From NCBI GenBank assembly GCA_951406725.2, contig OX597827.1, positions 17,856,001-17,920,000 on the forward strand: a stretch of DNA of 64,000 nucleotides. The letters are read 5' to 3'. The stretch is from Octopus vulgaris (lineage: Eukaryota). Below, piece after piece: positions 27,471 to 42,846 of the stretch (its first letter is position 1; each line of letters starts with the position of its first letter). The notes under the pieces were generated by a model. That model saw only the letters and a list, made by a program, of their open reading frames with translations, searched no databases and was not told where the DNA came from. Both the position numbers and the translations under genes were made by a program.

Positions 27471-27541
27471 ATTTTGTTGATTGCAGTTTTTCCAATCACG
27501 CGTGTTATGGGTGTAATCCGTATATATCCGTATATATATAG

Positions 27542-27603
<62 letters not shown>

Positions 27604-27684
27604 ATCTATCTTTCTATCTATCTTTCTATCTATATATCTATTGGTAGCAGTAGTGACGTGGTTAGTTCTTGATGATGGGTCCTG

Positions 27685-27939
27685 CATAGAAGCATAGAGC
27701 CGTGATGTCCTTCTCTCAACTGAAGACCTGGGTTACAACGATCAAGGAGGACCTCCCGTGCTCACAGGACCGCAGGTGGTCGGCCTGCGCCGATGGAACC
27801 ATGACAGGCTCGCTATCTCCAGTGAACTGGCGCAGGACCGTCGTGCGTGGACTGCCATGGTTCGAGATGCCTCGAGGGTGGTAGAAGAAGCCGACTCAAC
27901 CCGCCCGTGGTGAATGTCGCCACAAGTACAAGTAAGTAA
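27685..27939 (+). mobile_element. RTE-clade LINE 3' end with 11-bp TSD
   Basis: QLKTWVTTIKEDL / GLRRWN / ELAQDRRAW; caagtacaagtaagtaa tail; TSD gatgggtcctg at 27674-84 and 27940-50. Confidence 0.85.
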
Positions 27940-28058
27940 GATGGGTCCTGAGTTTATAGTGGCTAATTATTGTGATATGAAAACTTCTAAAACATATGAC
28001 AACTGAACGCGAAATTGGAAAAAAAAAAGTACACAAAAATGGTTTAAGATATTCTTAC

Positions 28059-28181
28059 CCGTTGAAAAATGCCATCACCGTACTGAAGGAATAAGGGAAG
28101 CATTGGCCATCGGGGTTCAACAGGAAGTAGATCCAGTAACAAATGGTTTGGTAAACAGAAAACTCGCTGTCCGTGAACAAA
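28059..28181 (-). CDS. BTBD16: BTBD16-like protein, internal exon (BACK region)
   Basis: Acceptor ttattttctag|, donor |gtaaga; 123 bp, phase 2 to 2. LFTDSEFSVYQTICYWIYFLLNPDGQCFPYSFSTVMAFFN(G) vs recalled [40 protein letters not shown]. Confidence 0.92.
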
Positions 28182-28437
28182 CTAGAAAATAAATTATATA
28201 ATAAATAAAATAAACAATTGTTTCAAGTTTTAACACAAAGCCAATAAGTTTAGGGGAGGAGGTTGTTGGTTACGTCAACACTAATATTTCACTGGTACTT
28301 TATTTTCTCGACCCCGAATATGAAAATCATTTCCTTTCCCACTGTTCTAGTCCATTGGTTCCGAACCTTTTCACAGTGGTACCAAATCATTTTATTTAAA
28401 TGAGTTTTCTATCGACCGCTTTTAATATGCTTATCCT

Positions 28438-28505
<68 letters not shown>

Positions 28506-28599
28506 TGTGTGTTTCTGTGTGTTTCTGTGTTCGTTTCCGTTGAAGAACATAGGCTCGAAACGTAAAAGATTTTGTCTTTTGTTTTGTGTTTATATATAT

Positions 28600-28863
28600 A
28601 TAATTGATATAGGATAAAAAATTTTCGGGAAAAAAAAATTTTTATCAATGGCCAGCATATCAAAAAATGCCTTTAAAGGTAAAATTTATATATAATTTAC
28701 AAGATAAGGGCAGAAGAAAAATTCTGATGCCAGATACGCCGAAACAAAAAATTGTCGATAACCATTAAATTTATGCGTCTCGAAACAAACCGATAGAAAT
28801 CTCTAAAAAATTCGTTATTACCGTATTGGTCCAATTTCGGGGTTAATTCACAAGAAATTTTCT

Positions 28864-28866
<3 letters not shown>
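28600..28866 (-). mobile_element. (TA)n-inserted element related to F2
   Basis: atcaatggccagcatatcaaaaaa resembles accagtggcctagcatattaaaaa; ends in mini hairpin acaagaaattttcttgt; (TA)n on both sides. Confidence 0.45.
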
Positions 28867-28903
<37 letters not shown>

Positions 28904-29297
28904 TTTGAATTTAGCTCATGGACCCTCAGTACTACCTTTGTGGATCACAAGGGATCCGTGGGACCCAGGCTGAGAGCCACTGTTTTAGTCAACTCAACTA
29001 AAATAATTACTGAGCGACTACTCGAGAAGTTCTCTCTTACTCAAGCTTTCCCACCTCGAATGTGCTGCTGAGTCAAGATAATGGCGTTGATACGGTAATT
29101 TTGATTAATACTGGTCACGATGGTGAAAATTTCTCATTTGGTCCCAAGATCTCAGCTGATTTAAATACGAAACAGACGGCATTTTATCTTCGAAGTAATA
29201 AGTAGGAAGGAAGGAAGGAAGGAAGGAAGGAAGGAATGGAGGGACGGAATAAAATAAAAGAAAAAAATCAATAGAAAATAATGAGGTGTGTTTTTAC

Positions 29298-29365
29298 CTT
29301 TCAGAAAACAGAACTTCTTCAAATAACTGGTGTGGCACCTCTCGAAGATGAATGGTTTTAGAAAC
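29298..29365 (-). CDS. BTBD16: BTBD16-like protein, internal exon (BACK region)
   Basis: Acceptor caattag|, donor |gtaaaa; 68 bp, phase 0 to 2. VSKTIHLREVPHQLFEEVLFSE(S) vs recalled [23 protein letters not shown]. Confidence 0.85.
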
Positions 29366-29370
29366 CTAAT

Positions 29371-29372
<2 letters not shown>

Positions 29373-29405
<33 letters not shown>

Positions 29406-29408
29406 TAT

Positions 29409-29494
<86 letters not shown>

Positions 29495-29495
29495 C

Positions 29496-29547
<52 letters not shown>

Positions 29548-29564
29548 ACAATAATAATAATAAC

Positions 29565-29624
<60 letters not shown>
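29373..29624. repeat. Compound (AAT)n(AAC)n(ATT)n(AAT)n tract abutting a splice acceptor
   Basis: Direct reading. Confidence 0.97.
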
Positions 29625-29625
<1 letters not shown>

Positions 29626-30412
29626 TTTTCTTTGTAGGCCACGAAGCTCAGATAAATATAACACAAAATGTGACATGGAAGGGAATTGCGTAAACGTGAA
29701 CATGCACATTAGATATATAAATACGTGTGTTCCTCTGTGTATGTGGGGGGTGAATGTGTGTGTGTGTGTATGTGTGAGTGGGGGGGGGGGGGGTAAGGTG
29801 AAGCAAAATCGTAATTTTCTCTCTACCCACCAAATACTCCTCTTTCAACCCTAACGCTAACCCTAACCCATACAAAAGTGCTACAAACCAATATATACAA
29901 TATGATTAATAGAAAACCATACATTTACCGACGGTTTTCAAACGGTTAGGAGAAAATATTGACTAGTCATGCGCTAACCATAAATTTGACTGAAGACTCA
30001 TAAAGACAAACTCTTAGTGTACCCGAACTGTATGCTAATTATCACAGGGGAAATATAATGATAATTAGGTGTAGTAAGTGAAATCATTGGAAATCAGATA
30101 AGCAACAACGCTAATGCAACTGAATAACAGTTATCGACTGGTTTTGAAGGAATAATGAAATAAACACCGCATTAAGTTTCCCATTTTGCAATAACGGAAT
30201 TCTACACGTCGATTAAAATGTCTCTCCGAACAAAAAGTACTAGACTGTGTCAAACGATTCACCGCCGTCAGAAAACCACTACGTCTGTATGTATGTAATA
30301 ATGCATGCCAGAAATTTATTTCTGACGAACGATGATTACCAAGTTAGTAAGGTAGATATCATATCAAGGTGATGTTATGGGAGCTAAATGGGTAGCGCAT
30401 ATTACGCTTTTT

Positions 30413-30634
30413 TACTCTTTTGACTCTTTTTATTTGTTTCAGTCATTTGACTGTGGCCATGCTGGAGCACCGCCTTTAGTTGAACAAAATCGACCCCAGG
30501 ACTTATTCTTTGTAAGCCTAGTACTTATCCTATCGGTCTCTTTTGCCGAACCGCTAAGTTAATACACCAGCATCGGTTGTCAAGCGATGTTGGGGGGACA
30601 AACACAGACACACAAACATATACACACACATACA

Positions 30635-30731
<97 letters not shown>

Positions 30732-30769
30732 TTATATACGACAGGCTTCTTTCAGTTTCCGTCTACCAA
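30413..30769 (-). mobile_element. SINE family A, head missing
   Basis: Homology ends at ccgtctaccaaa. Confidence 0.88.
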
Positions 30770-32350
30770 AATACTTCTCTGTTGAAACTTCACAGAAGAG
30801 AAGAGAAAGATCAGGTTTAAGTCTTTCTAACTTAACAGAGACAAGGAGAGACAGAGCTGGTTTAAGCTTTTCTTTAGATTTATTGTACAGTCAAATATAG
30901 CGACAAATATCTTTGTACTGGTCTCAAACATTTCCCCAGCGGGACTCATGACTGTGTGCAGTTTAATTAAACTAAAGGCTATACAGGGAAGAGTTAAACA
31001 ACTGAGAAAAATTGCATCAAATAAATAAATGACAAAAAACTTATTAAGCACTCGAGCGGGTCGCGTTTTGCAAAACCTGAGGTTTGCTTCGTCAGGTAGC
31101 TTTGATAAGCGAGACTGCTGTTGGGCTTCTGCAGTGTTCGTATGCTAGATTCCATGCACAAGTTGAACCTGAGACTATGATTAAAGCCAGCAAACCAGGA
31201 ACCACATATTTGTATACTGAATTTTTCAACCACAAAACTATGCCTGCGCTCATATGTCTTGCAAACAACTTGCACATGCAAGTGCTACCAGTCAAAAACT
31301 CCGCATACCGGAAGCCAGCAAGTGTATGGGGTCATCAGGAGAGAATGCGCGCCGTTTCGGGGCCTACTTCTCGATGGCATCAGTGCGCACCGGCCCCTCA
31401 CTGGTATAAGGCCCCGCTTGCTAGATCAGCTGGTTATCAAATAAAGCTCAATATCCTTCTAGCTATCGCTCATCGTCTTATTTTAACCAAATCCAGTGGC
31501 TAGCCTTCTCCACTGTAGATAGGATATCAGTCATGGTGGTATTGACTTTACGATGAGTTAGGCCTAGCGATAACAACAGTTCTCTCACTCTGTATCCAAC
31601 AAACCCTCTACATCCGACTTCGATTGGAATATGTTCCGCTTTCCAGCCTGCGTCTTCACATTCCTCGAGGAGGTTTACATATATGTGTATATATGTATAT
31701 ATATATTTGTATATATGTGTACGTATTTATATGTAAGTGTGTGGGCGCACACGTACGCGGGCGTCTCTGTGCGTGTGTGTGTGTATGTATGTGCGTTTAT
31801 GGTATGATTTTCTACAAGTAGTACAGCACTCCAGTGGTTGAGAGAACAAAGCTATTATTTCAATAACAACCACAAAACACATTATGAAATGGAGCCAACC
31901 ATGGTTTCCTGGCCGAAATGTTAATATATTTCGCCATTACTAAACAGCCTTTTTGTTTTTACCAACTTGATAAATGGAGAAATAAATGAATATTTCAGCC
32001 AGGAGACCCCGGGTAGCTGTGTTTCACAAGGCATTTTTTTTTTCTGATTTTTATTATAATACATATGGACATGCTTACACATATATAAGCTGATTATTGA
32101 GTAATTTTGTTTCCGTTTGCACGAGTAAGCATTTACCAAAACACACAGGCACACCTACACACACACGCACATACGCACACACACACACACACGCACACAC
32201 ACGCACACACACAAATAGGCATACATTTTGTCAAATACATATGTAATATATGCGTGTGCGTGCATGTGAGTGTATATAATTGTATGTTAATAAACCAGTA
32301 TATATATATCTATATATATATATGCATGCACGTATGTATGAATATATACT

Positions 32351-32411
<61 letters not shown>

Positions 32412-32696
32412 GCATATATGTATATATACATATATATATATACATATACATACATATATATATATACATATACATACATATATATATATATATATATACG
32501 TATAGGTATATATATGTGTGTGTGTGTATGTATGTATGCATGCATGCAGGTATGTATGTATATATTTATATAAATATATGTATGTATATATATCCATATA
32601 TATATATGTATATATACATATATATAAATATATACATCCATACATATATATACGTATATATACACATATATATATACGTATATATATATGTATGTA

Positions 32697-32728
<32 letters not shown>

Positions 32729-32850
32729 CATATATAGCATATAGACGCATGTAATTGCATGTTAATAAACCGGATTATTCCCACGTACCAATTTGCTCGT
32801 TCCATGCTGTTAACATTAATCTCTTTACTAGTTAGTATTTTACATATATA

Positions 32851-32900
<50 letters not shown>

Positions 32901-33011
32901 CGTATGTCCATATATACATCTACATATATATATATACATAACTTTATATATATATACATACATACATACATATACACACATACATACATATATATGTATA
33001 CACATGCATAC

Positions 33012-33047
<36 letters not shown>

Positions 33048-33562
33048 CTACATACATATATATAGACATACATACATATACATATACATGTATATATATA
33101 TATATACCACTCATACATATATATATATAGGTATATATATATAAATGGAGGGGGATGCAGGGAGAGGGATGGCGGGGGAGAGGCGGGTAGATGTAAAGAA
33201 CCCTTGAGTGTAACACAACACAATACTTTTCGATAATTGTAAGAATATATTAGAAATATGTTAGATATAGGAGGGATGAGAAGTTTTATGTGTAGCCTGG
33301 AAGATTAATGGTGATTAAACAGTAACGGAAATAAAGTACTCCGGGATTGGAGGGAGATGGGGTGGGGTGGAGTGGGGTGGGTGGGGTGGGGTGGGGTCTG
33401 GAGGGGTCTGGGGGGGATGAAGAAGAGGGGAAAGAAAAAAAACACAAATTGAAGTGGAGCAAAAGTATTGCATGAGTAATTTTGACAACCAAACAGATGA
33501 TATAAGATGGAGAAGAAAGAAATCCATATCAACGCAACACGATATTGATTTCTAATACACTC

Positions 33563-34483
<921 letters not shown>

Positions 34484-34920
34484 GATTAATTTTCGTCCAG
34501 TGTGTAATAACAGTAATAATCTGTGTTCACTTTATTTGCAACACGGTCCCCCCCATTTCATTTACACAACACCGCGTAACAAAGCTGATTATCAGACAAA
34601 TGCTGTTATACACGCACACACAAACACACACACACACAAACACACAAACACACACACATACACGCACACACAAGCGCGCATGCGCACATGCAGTTATATA
34701 AAAACGTTATAAGGTTATACAGTATATTAAAGCGTTAGAAATTTAGATTAAATAACTAAAATCAATAATCGAATACATACATACATACATACATACATAC
34801 ATACATGCATATATATATATATATATTCGCATATATATGCATATATACATATATACATATATATCCACACATATATATACGCACAAATACAAACATACAA
34901 CATGCATGCACAAACACACG

Positions 34921-34953
<33 letters not shown>

Positions 34954-34966
34954 GCATATATATATC

Positions 34967-35000
<34 letters not shown>

Positions 35001-35354
35001 CATATATATATATACATATATATATATATACATATATATATACATACATAGATAGATATACATATATATATATATATATATATGTATTATGTATATATGA
35101 AGGCGCGCGCGTTGCTTTGTGGTTAGGGCATACAACTCATGATCGCGAATTCAATTCTCGGAAACATGTTGTGTCCTTGAGCAAGACACTTTATCTCATG
35201 TTGCTCCAGTCTTCTCTGCTGGCAAAATGAGTTCTACCCGTATTTCAAAGAATCCAACCTTGTCATATTCTGTATCCCGCTAAGTCTGCCCGAGAACTAC
35301 GTTAAGGATACGCGTGTCTGTGGAGTGCTCAACCATATATATATATATATATAT

Positions 35355-35678
35355 TGGGAGAGTTTACGAAAAAAACAAAACGCGAAGACAAGTGGTGTAC
35401 AAAACAAACAAATGTACTAGTATAACGTTCAGGAATAGAAAAATTCTTTTACGTTTCGAGCCTACGCTCTTCTACAGAAAGAGGCACAGAAAAAACAAGG
35501 AGAGAAACAAGGACAGAAAAAATGTGTGTAGTGGCTACCGATCTATCATGGCGACTGCCGGACAGAAGGGTCACACAGGAGGCCTAAGAAGTAGAGGAGA
35601 TAACAAAGGAAAGATGACCCCCAACACGAAGGTGCGTGTGTGAATAAGAGAGTACGCATGTGCGTGTGAAAGAAGACT

Positions 35679-35680
<2 letters not shown>
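35355..35680 (-). mobile_element. Family P2, longest copy, between (TA)n tracts
   Basis: Reverse complement of P2 plus about 125 bp of 5' extension; motif at 35446-35481. Further fragments at 28511-28590 and 60853-60920. Confidence 0.7.
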
Positions 35681-35725
<45 letters not shown>

Positions 35726-35728
<3 letters not shown>

Positions 35729-36017
35729 GAGGGAATATTATTCCAAACTTACAGGAAAAATTCAATTTAGAAATACTAAATCAAATTTCACAAAATATAA
35801 TATATATATAAATTAGAAAAAACTACCTTTTATCAATTCAAAATGAATTACACCAACTAGAAAATTACATATAATAGAAATATTAAATATTAGATAAAAA
35901 AATATACCGATGATTAAGTAATGTGCAAAATAATAAATAAAACGTATAATAACGTTTTATTTATTATTTTGCACATTACTTAATCATTGGTATATTTTTT
36001 AATATTTCTATTATATC
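35726..36017 (-). mobile_element. (TA)n-adjacent fold-back element, family F1
   Basis: Terminus gagggaatattattccaaacttacaggaaaaa; palindrome 35869-36017 centred on 35946-35951. Strand inferred. Confidence 0.6.
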
Positions 36018-36357
36018 GGTATATTTTGACATACAACATACATTCTTGATTTATTAGAACCATCTCTTTCTCTGCAGGGTGTGTCACAGTTACCAATGAT
36101 AGTCAGTTCCTGATGAAAAGGGGAGATTAGATCAAGAATGAATTATTCTCCAAAGTTGGCATGCCATAAAAGAAAAGAGCGGAGGTATTTTCCCTTTCGT
36201 GACAGTTTGAGTGTTTTCGCTCCTCACCATCCTATATTCTCTCCCCACCCTCGTAAAACTTCGGACGTACTCTTTCAGAACGTATGGACAGACAAAATTA
36301 CCGCTAAGCATTTTGCCCGGTGTGTTAACGATTCTGCCAGCTCGCCGCCTTGCATGT

Positions 36358-37311
36358 ATTCTTTTCTACTCGAGACACAAGGCCCGAATTATGGTGGTTG
36401 GGGCCACTCAATAAGACCGACCCCAGTACGCAACTGGTACTAAATTTATAGACCCCGAAAGGATGAAGGATAAAGTCGACTTCGGCGGAATTTAAACTCA
36501 GAATGTAGCGGCAGACGAAATACCTATTTCTTTACTACCCACAAGGAGCTAAACACAGAGGGGACAAACAAGGACAGATAAACGGATTAAGTCGATTATA
36601 TCGACCCCAGTGCGTTACTGGTACTTAATTTATCGACCCCGAAAGGATGAAGGATAAAGTCGACTTCGGCGGAATTTGAACTCAGAATGTAGCGGCAGAC
36701 GAAATACCTATTTCTTTACTACCCACAAGGAGCTAAACACAGAGGGGACAAACAAGGACAGATAAACGGATTAAGTCGATTATATCGACCCCAGTGCGTT
36801 ACTGGTACTTAATTTATCGACCCCGAAAGGATGAAGGATAAAGTCGACTTCGGCGGAATTTGAACTCAGAATGTAGCGGCAGACGAAATACCTATTTCTT
36901 TACTACCCACAAGTGGCTAAACACAGAGGGAACAAACAAGGACAGACAAACGGATTAAGTCGATTAATCGACCCCAGTGCGTAACTGGTACTTAATTTAT
37001 CGCCCCCGAAAGAATGAAAGATAAAGTCGACTTCGGCGGACGGAATTTGAACTCAGAATGTAGCGGCAGACGAAATACCTATTTCTTTACTACCCACAAG
37101 GGGCTAAACACAGAGGGGACAAACAAGGACAGACAAACGGATTAAGTCGATTAATCGACCCCAGTGCGTAACTGGTACTTATTTAATCGCCCCCGAAAGG
37201 ATGAAAGATAAAGTCGACATCGACGGAATTTGAACTCAGAACGTAGAGGCAGACGAAATACCGCTAAGCATTTCGCCCGGCCAGCTAACGATTCGGTCAG
37301 CTCACCGCCTT
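36358..37311 (-). mobile_element. SINE family B pentamer
   Basis: One head at 37311 and five cores of about 185 bp; a further head fragment at 36270-36351. Confidence 0.92.
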
Positions 37312-37321
37312 CTATGTATGA

Positions 37322-37560
37322 GATAATAATATGAAAGAAGAAAAAGTCGACAAATATAGAGATTTGAAAATTTGAGATCGCCAATATGTGATTCCACCAA
37401 ACAAAAAGGAACATTTAGAAACTTTAGAAACACCCTGCAATTATTAGTGTATTGCAAAAATGGTCTTTAATTTGAGCTGCACGCATTCTGCATAAAGTGC
37501 TGTCTGTCTGAGGTCCATGTTGTGACTCGATAGAGAGTACAGTTCCCTGGTCCACACAAT
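37322..37560 (+). mobile_element. Decayed R4/Dong-type RLE fragment
   Basis: KEEKVDKYRDLKI-EIANM ... LQKWSLI*AARILHKVLSV*. Confidence 0.7.
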
Positions 37561-37602
37561 ATCTTCAGTGTACATCACAGTATTGTATACTGTGTGGTGC
37601 AA

Positions 37603-37932
37603 TACTCTTTTGCTTGTTTCAGTCATTTGACTGTGGCCATGCTGGAGCACCGCCTTTAGTCGAGCAAATCGATCCCGGGACTTATTCTTTGTAAGCCCAG
37701 TACTTATTCTATCGGTTCTTTTGTCGAACCGCTAAGTTACGAGGACATAAACACATCAGCATCGGTTGTCAAGCAATGCCAGTGAGACAAACACAGACAC
37801 ATAAACATAAAAAACACACATATATATATATACAGATATACGATGGGCTTCTTTGAGTTTCCGTCTACCAAATCCATTCACAAGGCTTTGGTCGGCCCGA
37901 GGCTATAGTAGAAGGCACTTGCCCAAGATGCC
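37603..37932 (-). mobile_element. SINE family A, truncated
   Basis: Homology. Confidence 0.88.
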
Positions 37933-38259
37933 AATATTTTTTTCCAATTTTGGCACAAGACTAACAATTTTTGAAGGGAAGGGCAAGTCGTTTACATCGA
38001 TTCCAGCACCTGACTGATACTTATTTTATTCGATTCTGAAAGGATGAAAGGGAAATTCAAACTCACAACAATAAAACACAGAGGAACGAATAATGGAAAA
38101 TTGATACATAGAATTACAAAGCACAAAACCCTTTTCTGCTTTCGCAGAAACCAAGAAATACAAAGGAGAGGTTTAAATGAGAATTAGTCATGGAAAGAAC
38201 GGCAAAATGGCATGAATAGGCTAAGACATTAAACTAAAATTGTACTGCAGAATGTCATG

Positions 38260-38422
38260 CTAAAATGATAGCAAGAAAATCCCCTTTATGGCTATTACAG
38301 GGAGATTACGGCTAATCGGCAGGAAATTGTTGTCAAGGACCATGAAGAAGGGAAGTGACACCTAATTGAAGTGTCAATACCAACACGACAATGTATCGAA
38401 GGAGAAATCATCCAAATATATA
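38260..38422 (+). mobile_element. Decayed RLE endonuclease fragment
   Basis: EITANRQEIVVKDHEEGK*HLIEVSIP, similar to the NRPDIVV...LIDVSIP motif. Confidence 0.65.
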
Positions 38423-38729
38423 GTATCTTTTTATATCAATCGTGTAACATCACTTTCCTCTTCCTGCTGTTTCTGTCTTTATTATTTTTTTTTTACTTTG
38501 GGGTGGGGGGTTAAAGTAATTATTTCTTAATGTGATGGATGTGAAGATTCGAATTTTGTTCAATTGTGCTCTCCGTGATTGCATGTATGAAAATTACTTT
38601 TTTTTCACCCGTCGTCTTACGTTAATCATTACAGTAAAGCTCAGAGTGAAGGTTCAAATCTAGTTGAAATTAAGTATTCTATATTGTTGCTTCTTTTCCT
38701 GTCACCAGTAGAAACACGTTTCAATACTT

Positions 38730-39143
38730 GGATCTTTTCGGTTTGAACGACAGTTTTTTTTCTAGCGGTGTCATATGAAATTGTCACCCATAATTATGAC
38801 CCTATTATCGATCTATTGCATTTCAATCTGTTTTAGGGTTAGGGTTAGGGGTGGGGGAAGGGTATATTTTTCTTCACAAATGAGAATAAACCCGATTTGT
38901 TTCTTGAACGAGGGGCATATTCATACGGCACAGAATGTTTTTTAACTCAATAGACGTCAGTGATTGGTTGAAATTGCAGAAATTGAAGAAAAAAAAACAA
39001 ATATCTTACAAACTATAGAATTTTCTCAATAAAGCCAAGAGAAGAAGATGTTTTATAAACACATTCCACCAGTATACGAAGTTTTAAATTTTTTAGTTAC
39101 CTTGAAATTATGTTAAAAACTGCCGTTCAAACCGAAAAGATCC
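38730..39143. mobile_element. Second copy of the same TIR element
   Basis: Same TIRs; TSD caatactt/caatacct. Confidence 0.92.
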
Positions 39144-39595
39144 CAATACCTTGATATCTTATTGATACCGTACATGGAAAAATTTAAGCAATTAATGAAT
39201 TTATGTCAAAATTAAGGATTTCAAGAGAGTGTATAAACAATAATGGTAAAGAAATAAAGAAGTAAAAGAACAATCAACAAGATCTTTGTCCATCAGGGCG
39301 GACATGCTCACTAAATTAACGCGAGAAATGTTTCTCACAAGAGGAGTTCTTCCAAATCCTTGAAATTCCACTTTGAAAAAATAGTTTAATTTACTTTGAG
39401 TTGTCATTTTTTAAGTCAATAGACAAAGAAATTATCTGTCAGATTCACTTTCTATCGCATTGAGAAACGTAGAATAAGAAACTAGAGAATGTGCCGAAAA
39501 CAGTTTCCGTTACCAAAATTCTTCCCCTCTCTGTATAATGCATTGTGACAAGAGAGCAACTTTGTAGCAAGCTCACGATATATATATATATATAT

Positions 39596-39823
39596 ATTTC
39601 TTTACTACCCACAAGGGGCTAAACACAGAGAGGACAAACAAGGACAGACGAACGGATTAAGTCGATTATATCGACCCCAGTGCGTAACTGGTACTTAATT
39701 TATCGACCCCGAAAGGATGAAAGGCAAAGTCGACCTCGGCGAAATTTGAACTCAGAACGTAACGGCAGACGAAATACGGTTACGCGTTTCGCCCGGTTTG
39801 CTAACGTTTCTGCCAGCTCGCCG
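39596..39823 (-). mobile_element. SINE family B monomer in (TA)n
   Basis: Homology. Confidence 0.9.
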
Positions 39824-39834
39824 ATATATATATA

Positions 39835-40215
39835 TCGTCAACATCTACATACTGCATCAATATTTACACACTTTATCTAGCTATATAAGTATTGAACCTA
39901 TGCACCCTTTGTCTATCTGTACAGCCAACATATTCACATTGTATCTATCTATCCAGTCATTATATACACACTGTCTCTACCCAATCAGCATCTGCACAGT
40001 GTATCTATGTGTAAAGGTAACACCGTGTTATATGCATCTATATAGACAATGTCTACACACAGCACTTGTCTGTCTATCTCGTCAACATCTACTCACAGTC
40101 TTTCAGTCGATTCGACATATACACGCTGTATCTATCTAGCATCAACATCTATGTTATCTACAAACTCAACATCTACACACTGATTCCTTCTATACATTGA
40201 ACTTGCACATTCTGT
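39835..40215. repeat. Decayed minisatellite with unit of about 30 bp
   Basis: Recurrent caacatctacacactgtatcta-like units; more near 40975-41130. Confidence 0.65.
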
Positions 40216-40319
40216 CTTTAACAAATTCACAGCGAGAAGTGAGCCTCTGGATAGTATCTCAACCTACATGAAATACCAGACAAATCTTCCTCCAATTACA
40301 CCCGATCTCTTTAGAAAAG

Positions 40320-40853
<534 letters not shown>

Positions 40854-41715
40854 TATATATATATATAGTCCTTGTTGCGCAATATTTAGAAAAAAGATGA
40901 AATGATCAATCTAGAAAGCCTTTGATCAAAGTGACCCGGAGCAGGAAAGCAACAACAAGAACAACAGCAAGAAAGACACTCTCTGTTTATCTATCTACTT
41001 AATATACATTGTGTCTATAAATTCAATCACAACACACTTTGCCTATTTCTATACCCACGAAAATACACATAGCTTATATCTATATACAGTTGACATCTAC
41101 ACTCGACGTACATACACACACATTGCGTCTATTTCAATATAAACTGAATCGCTTTTTGTCTACCATTTCTCATTTCCGTTTAATTTAAATGTCGCTCTTA
41201 AATCTTTTCTATCTTTTCAGCTCTGTGAATTCCCTTTAATAAGTGTAAGGTGACGAGTTCAATATCGGGACACTGCGCAGACGAACAGAAGCCACGAAAG
41301 AACGAGAAAGAGAGAGAGAGAGAGAGAGAGAGTAAGAGGGGGGGGCAGAGACAGAGAAGATAAATGTCTGTGTGATTGCATATTTGTGTGCAGCCATGTT
41401 TGTTCGTGCGTGTGTGTGTGTGTGTCTGTGTGTTTATACACATACATATGCATATACATACAGATATATATCCAGAAAGAGGGAGAGAGAGAGAGAGAGA
41501 AGGGCTGAGTGATAGAAAGAAAGAAAATTGAAGGTAGCATTATTTCTATTTGAACGAAGAAATAGAAAGGAAATTCCGAAAAAATGCCAAAAAAAAAAGA
41601 TGTAAATGACTCGGATTGAATTTCTTTTAAGAGAAGTAATCAAGTAATCACTCACTGGGGACTAAGAGGATATAAATAGAAAAACACACATCTACATGCT
41701 TTTAGAGAAGTATGC

Positions 41716-41752
<37 letters not shown>

Positions 41753-41901
41753 AATATATATACTGTATAATATATATATATAAACATATATATACACACA
41801 CACACATATATATATATATACGTGTATTTGCGTAAATATATATATATGTGTGCGTGTGCGCGTGTATGTGTATATATATATATATATGTGTGTATATATG
41901 T

Positions 41902-41948
<47 letters not shown>

Positions 41949-42013
41949 CGTGTATAATATTTTATTTACACGTATGTGAATATGGAATTACTTTTGTGTA
42001 TGTGCGTCTAAGT

Positions 42014-42054
<41 letters not shown>

Positions 42055-42794
42055 ATGTATGTATTATACATGTGTATGTACATATATATGTATATATGTA
42101 TTATACATGTATATGTACATATATATATATATGTATATTTATATATATATATACATAGGTGTGTTTGTGTATTATGCATGTACGTATGTGTGTGAGCGTG
42201 TATATATATATATATATATATGTAGGGGGTCTGTGTGTATATGTGTGCGTGTGTGTGTGTCTGTGTGTGTCCGTGCGTGCGTGTGTGTGTGTGTGTGAAT
42301 GAAATTTGGTAGAATCATTGAGCGTCAGAAAAAATACAGTGGTAGTCATTATGATTGTGTCCGTTTAAAGCTCGATTCCCGTCGGGTATCCACTTTTGCT
42401 TTTCGTCCCTGCGGAGGAGACGGGAGAAATAAAGTATAACACCCCAGACAAATACTGGGGTACTATAAGCGATGGTGTCGGCTAATCCCCTTCTCCTTGT
42501 GCCGGAATTAGAAATCATTAATATTGCTTTTGCTGTTAAATAACGGTACACATAGCTGACAGGTCTAATTTTAAAATCGGGAAATTTAATTGAAAAGATA
42601 AATTAGATGAACGAAGTGTCAGGAATAAAATATATATTTTCACTGTGTGTGTCTATTTGTGTTTGTGTGTGTGTGTGTGTGTTTGCTTGTGTGAGTGTGA
42701 GTGTGTTCCTGGCCAGGTTTTGTTTCTAATGTTACCAATCAGAGAAGTGTGAAGAAGGAACTTTATAAATTCGAAAATTCCTAAAATTAGATTT

Positions 42795-42846
<52 letters not shown>

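Noticed and set aside
28734-28745. CUGAUGC...CGAAAC as a hammerhead
   Set aside because: No stem II and no UH triplet or stem I.
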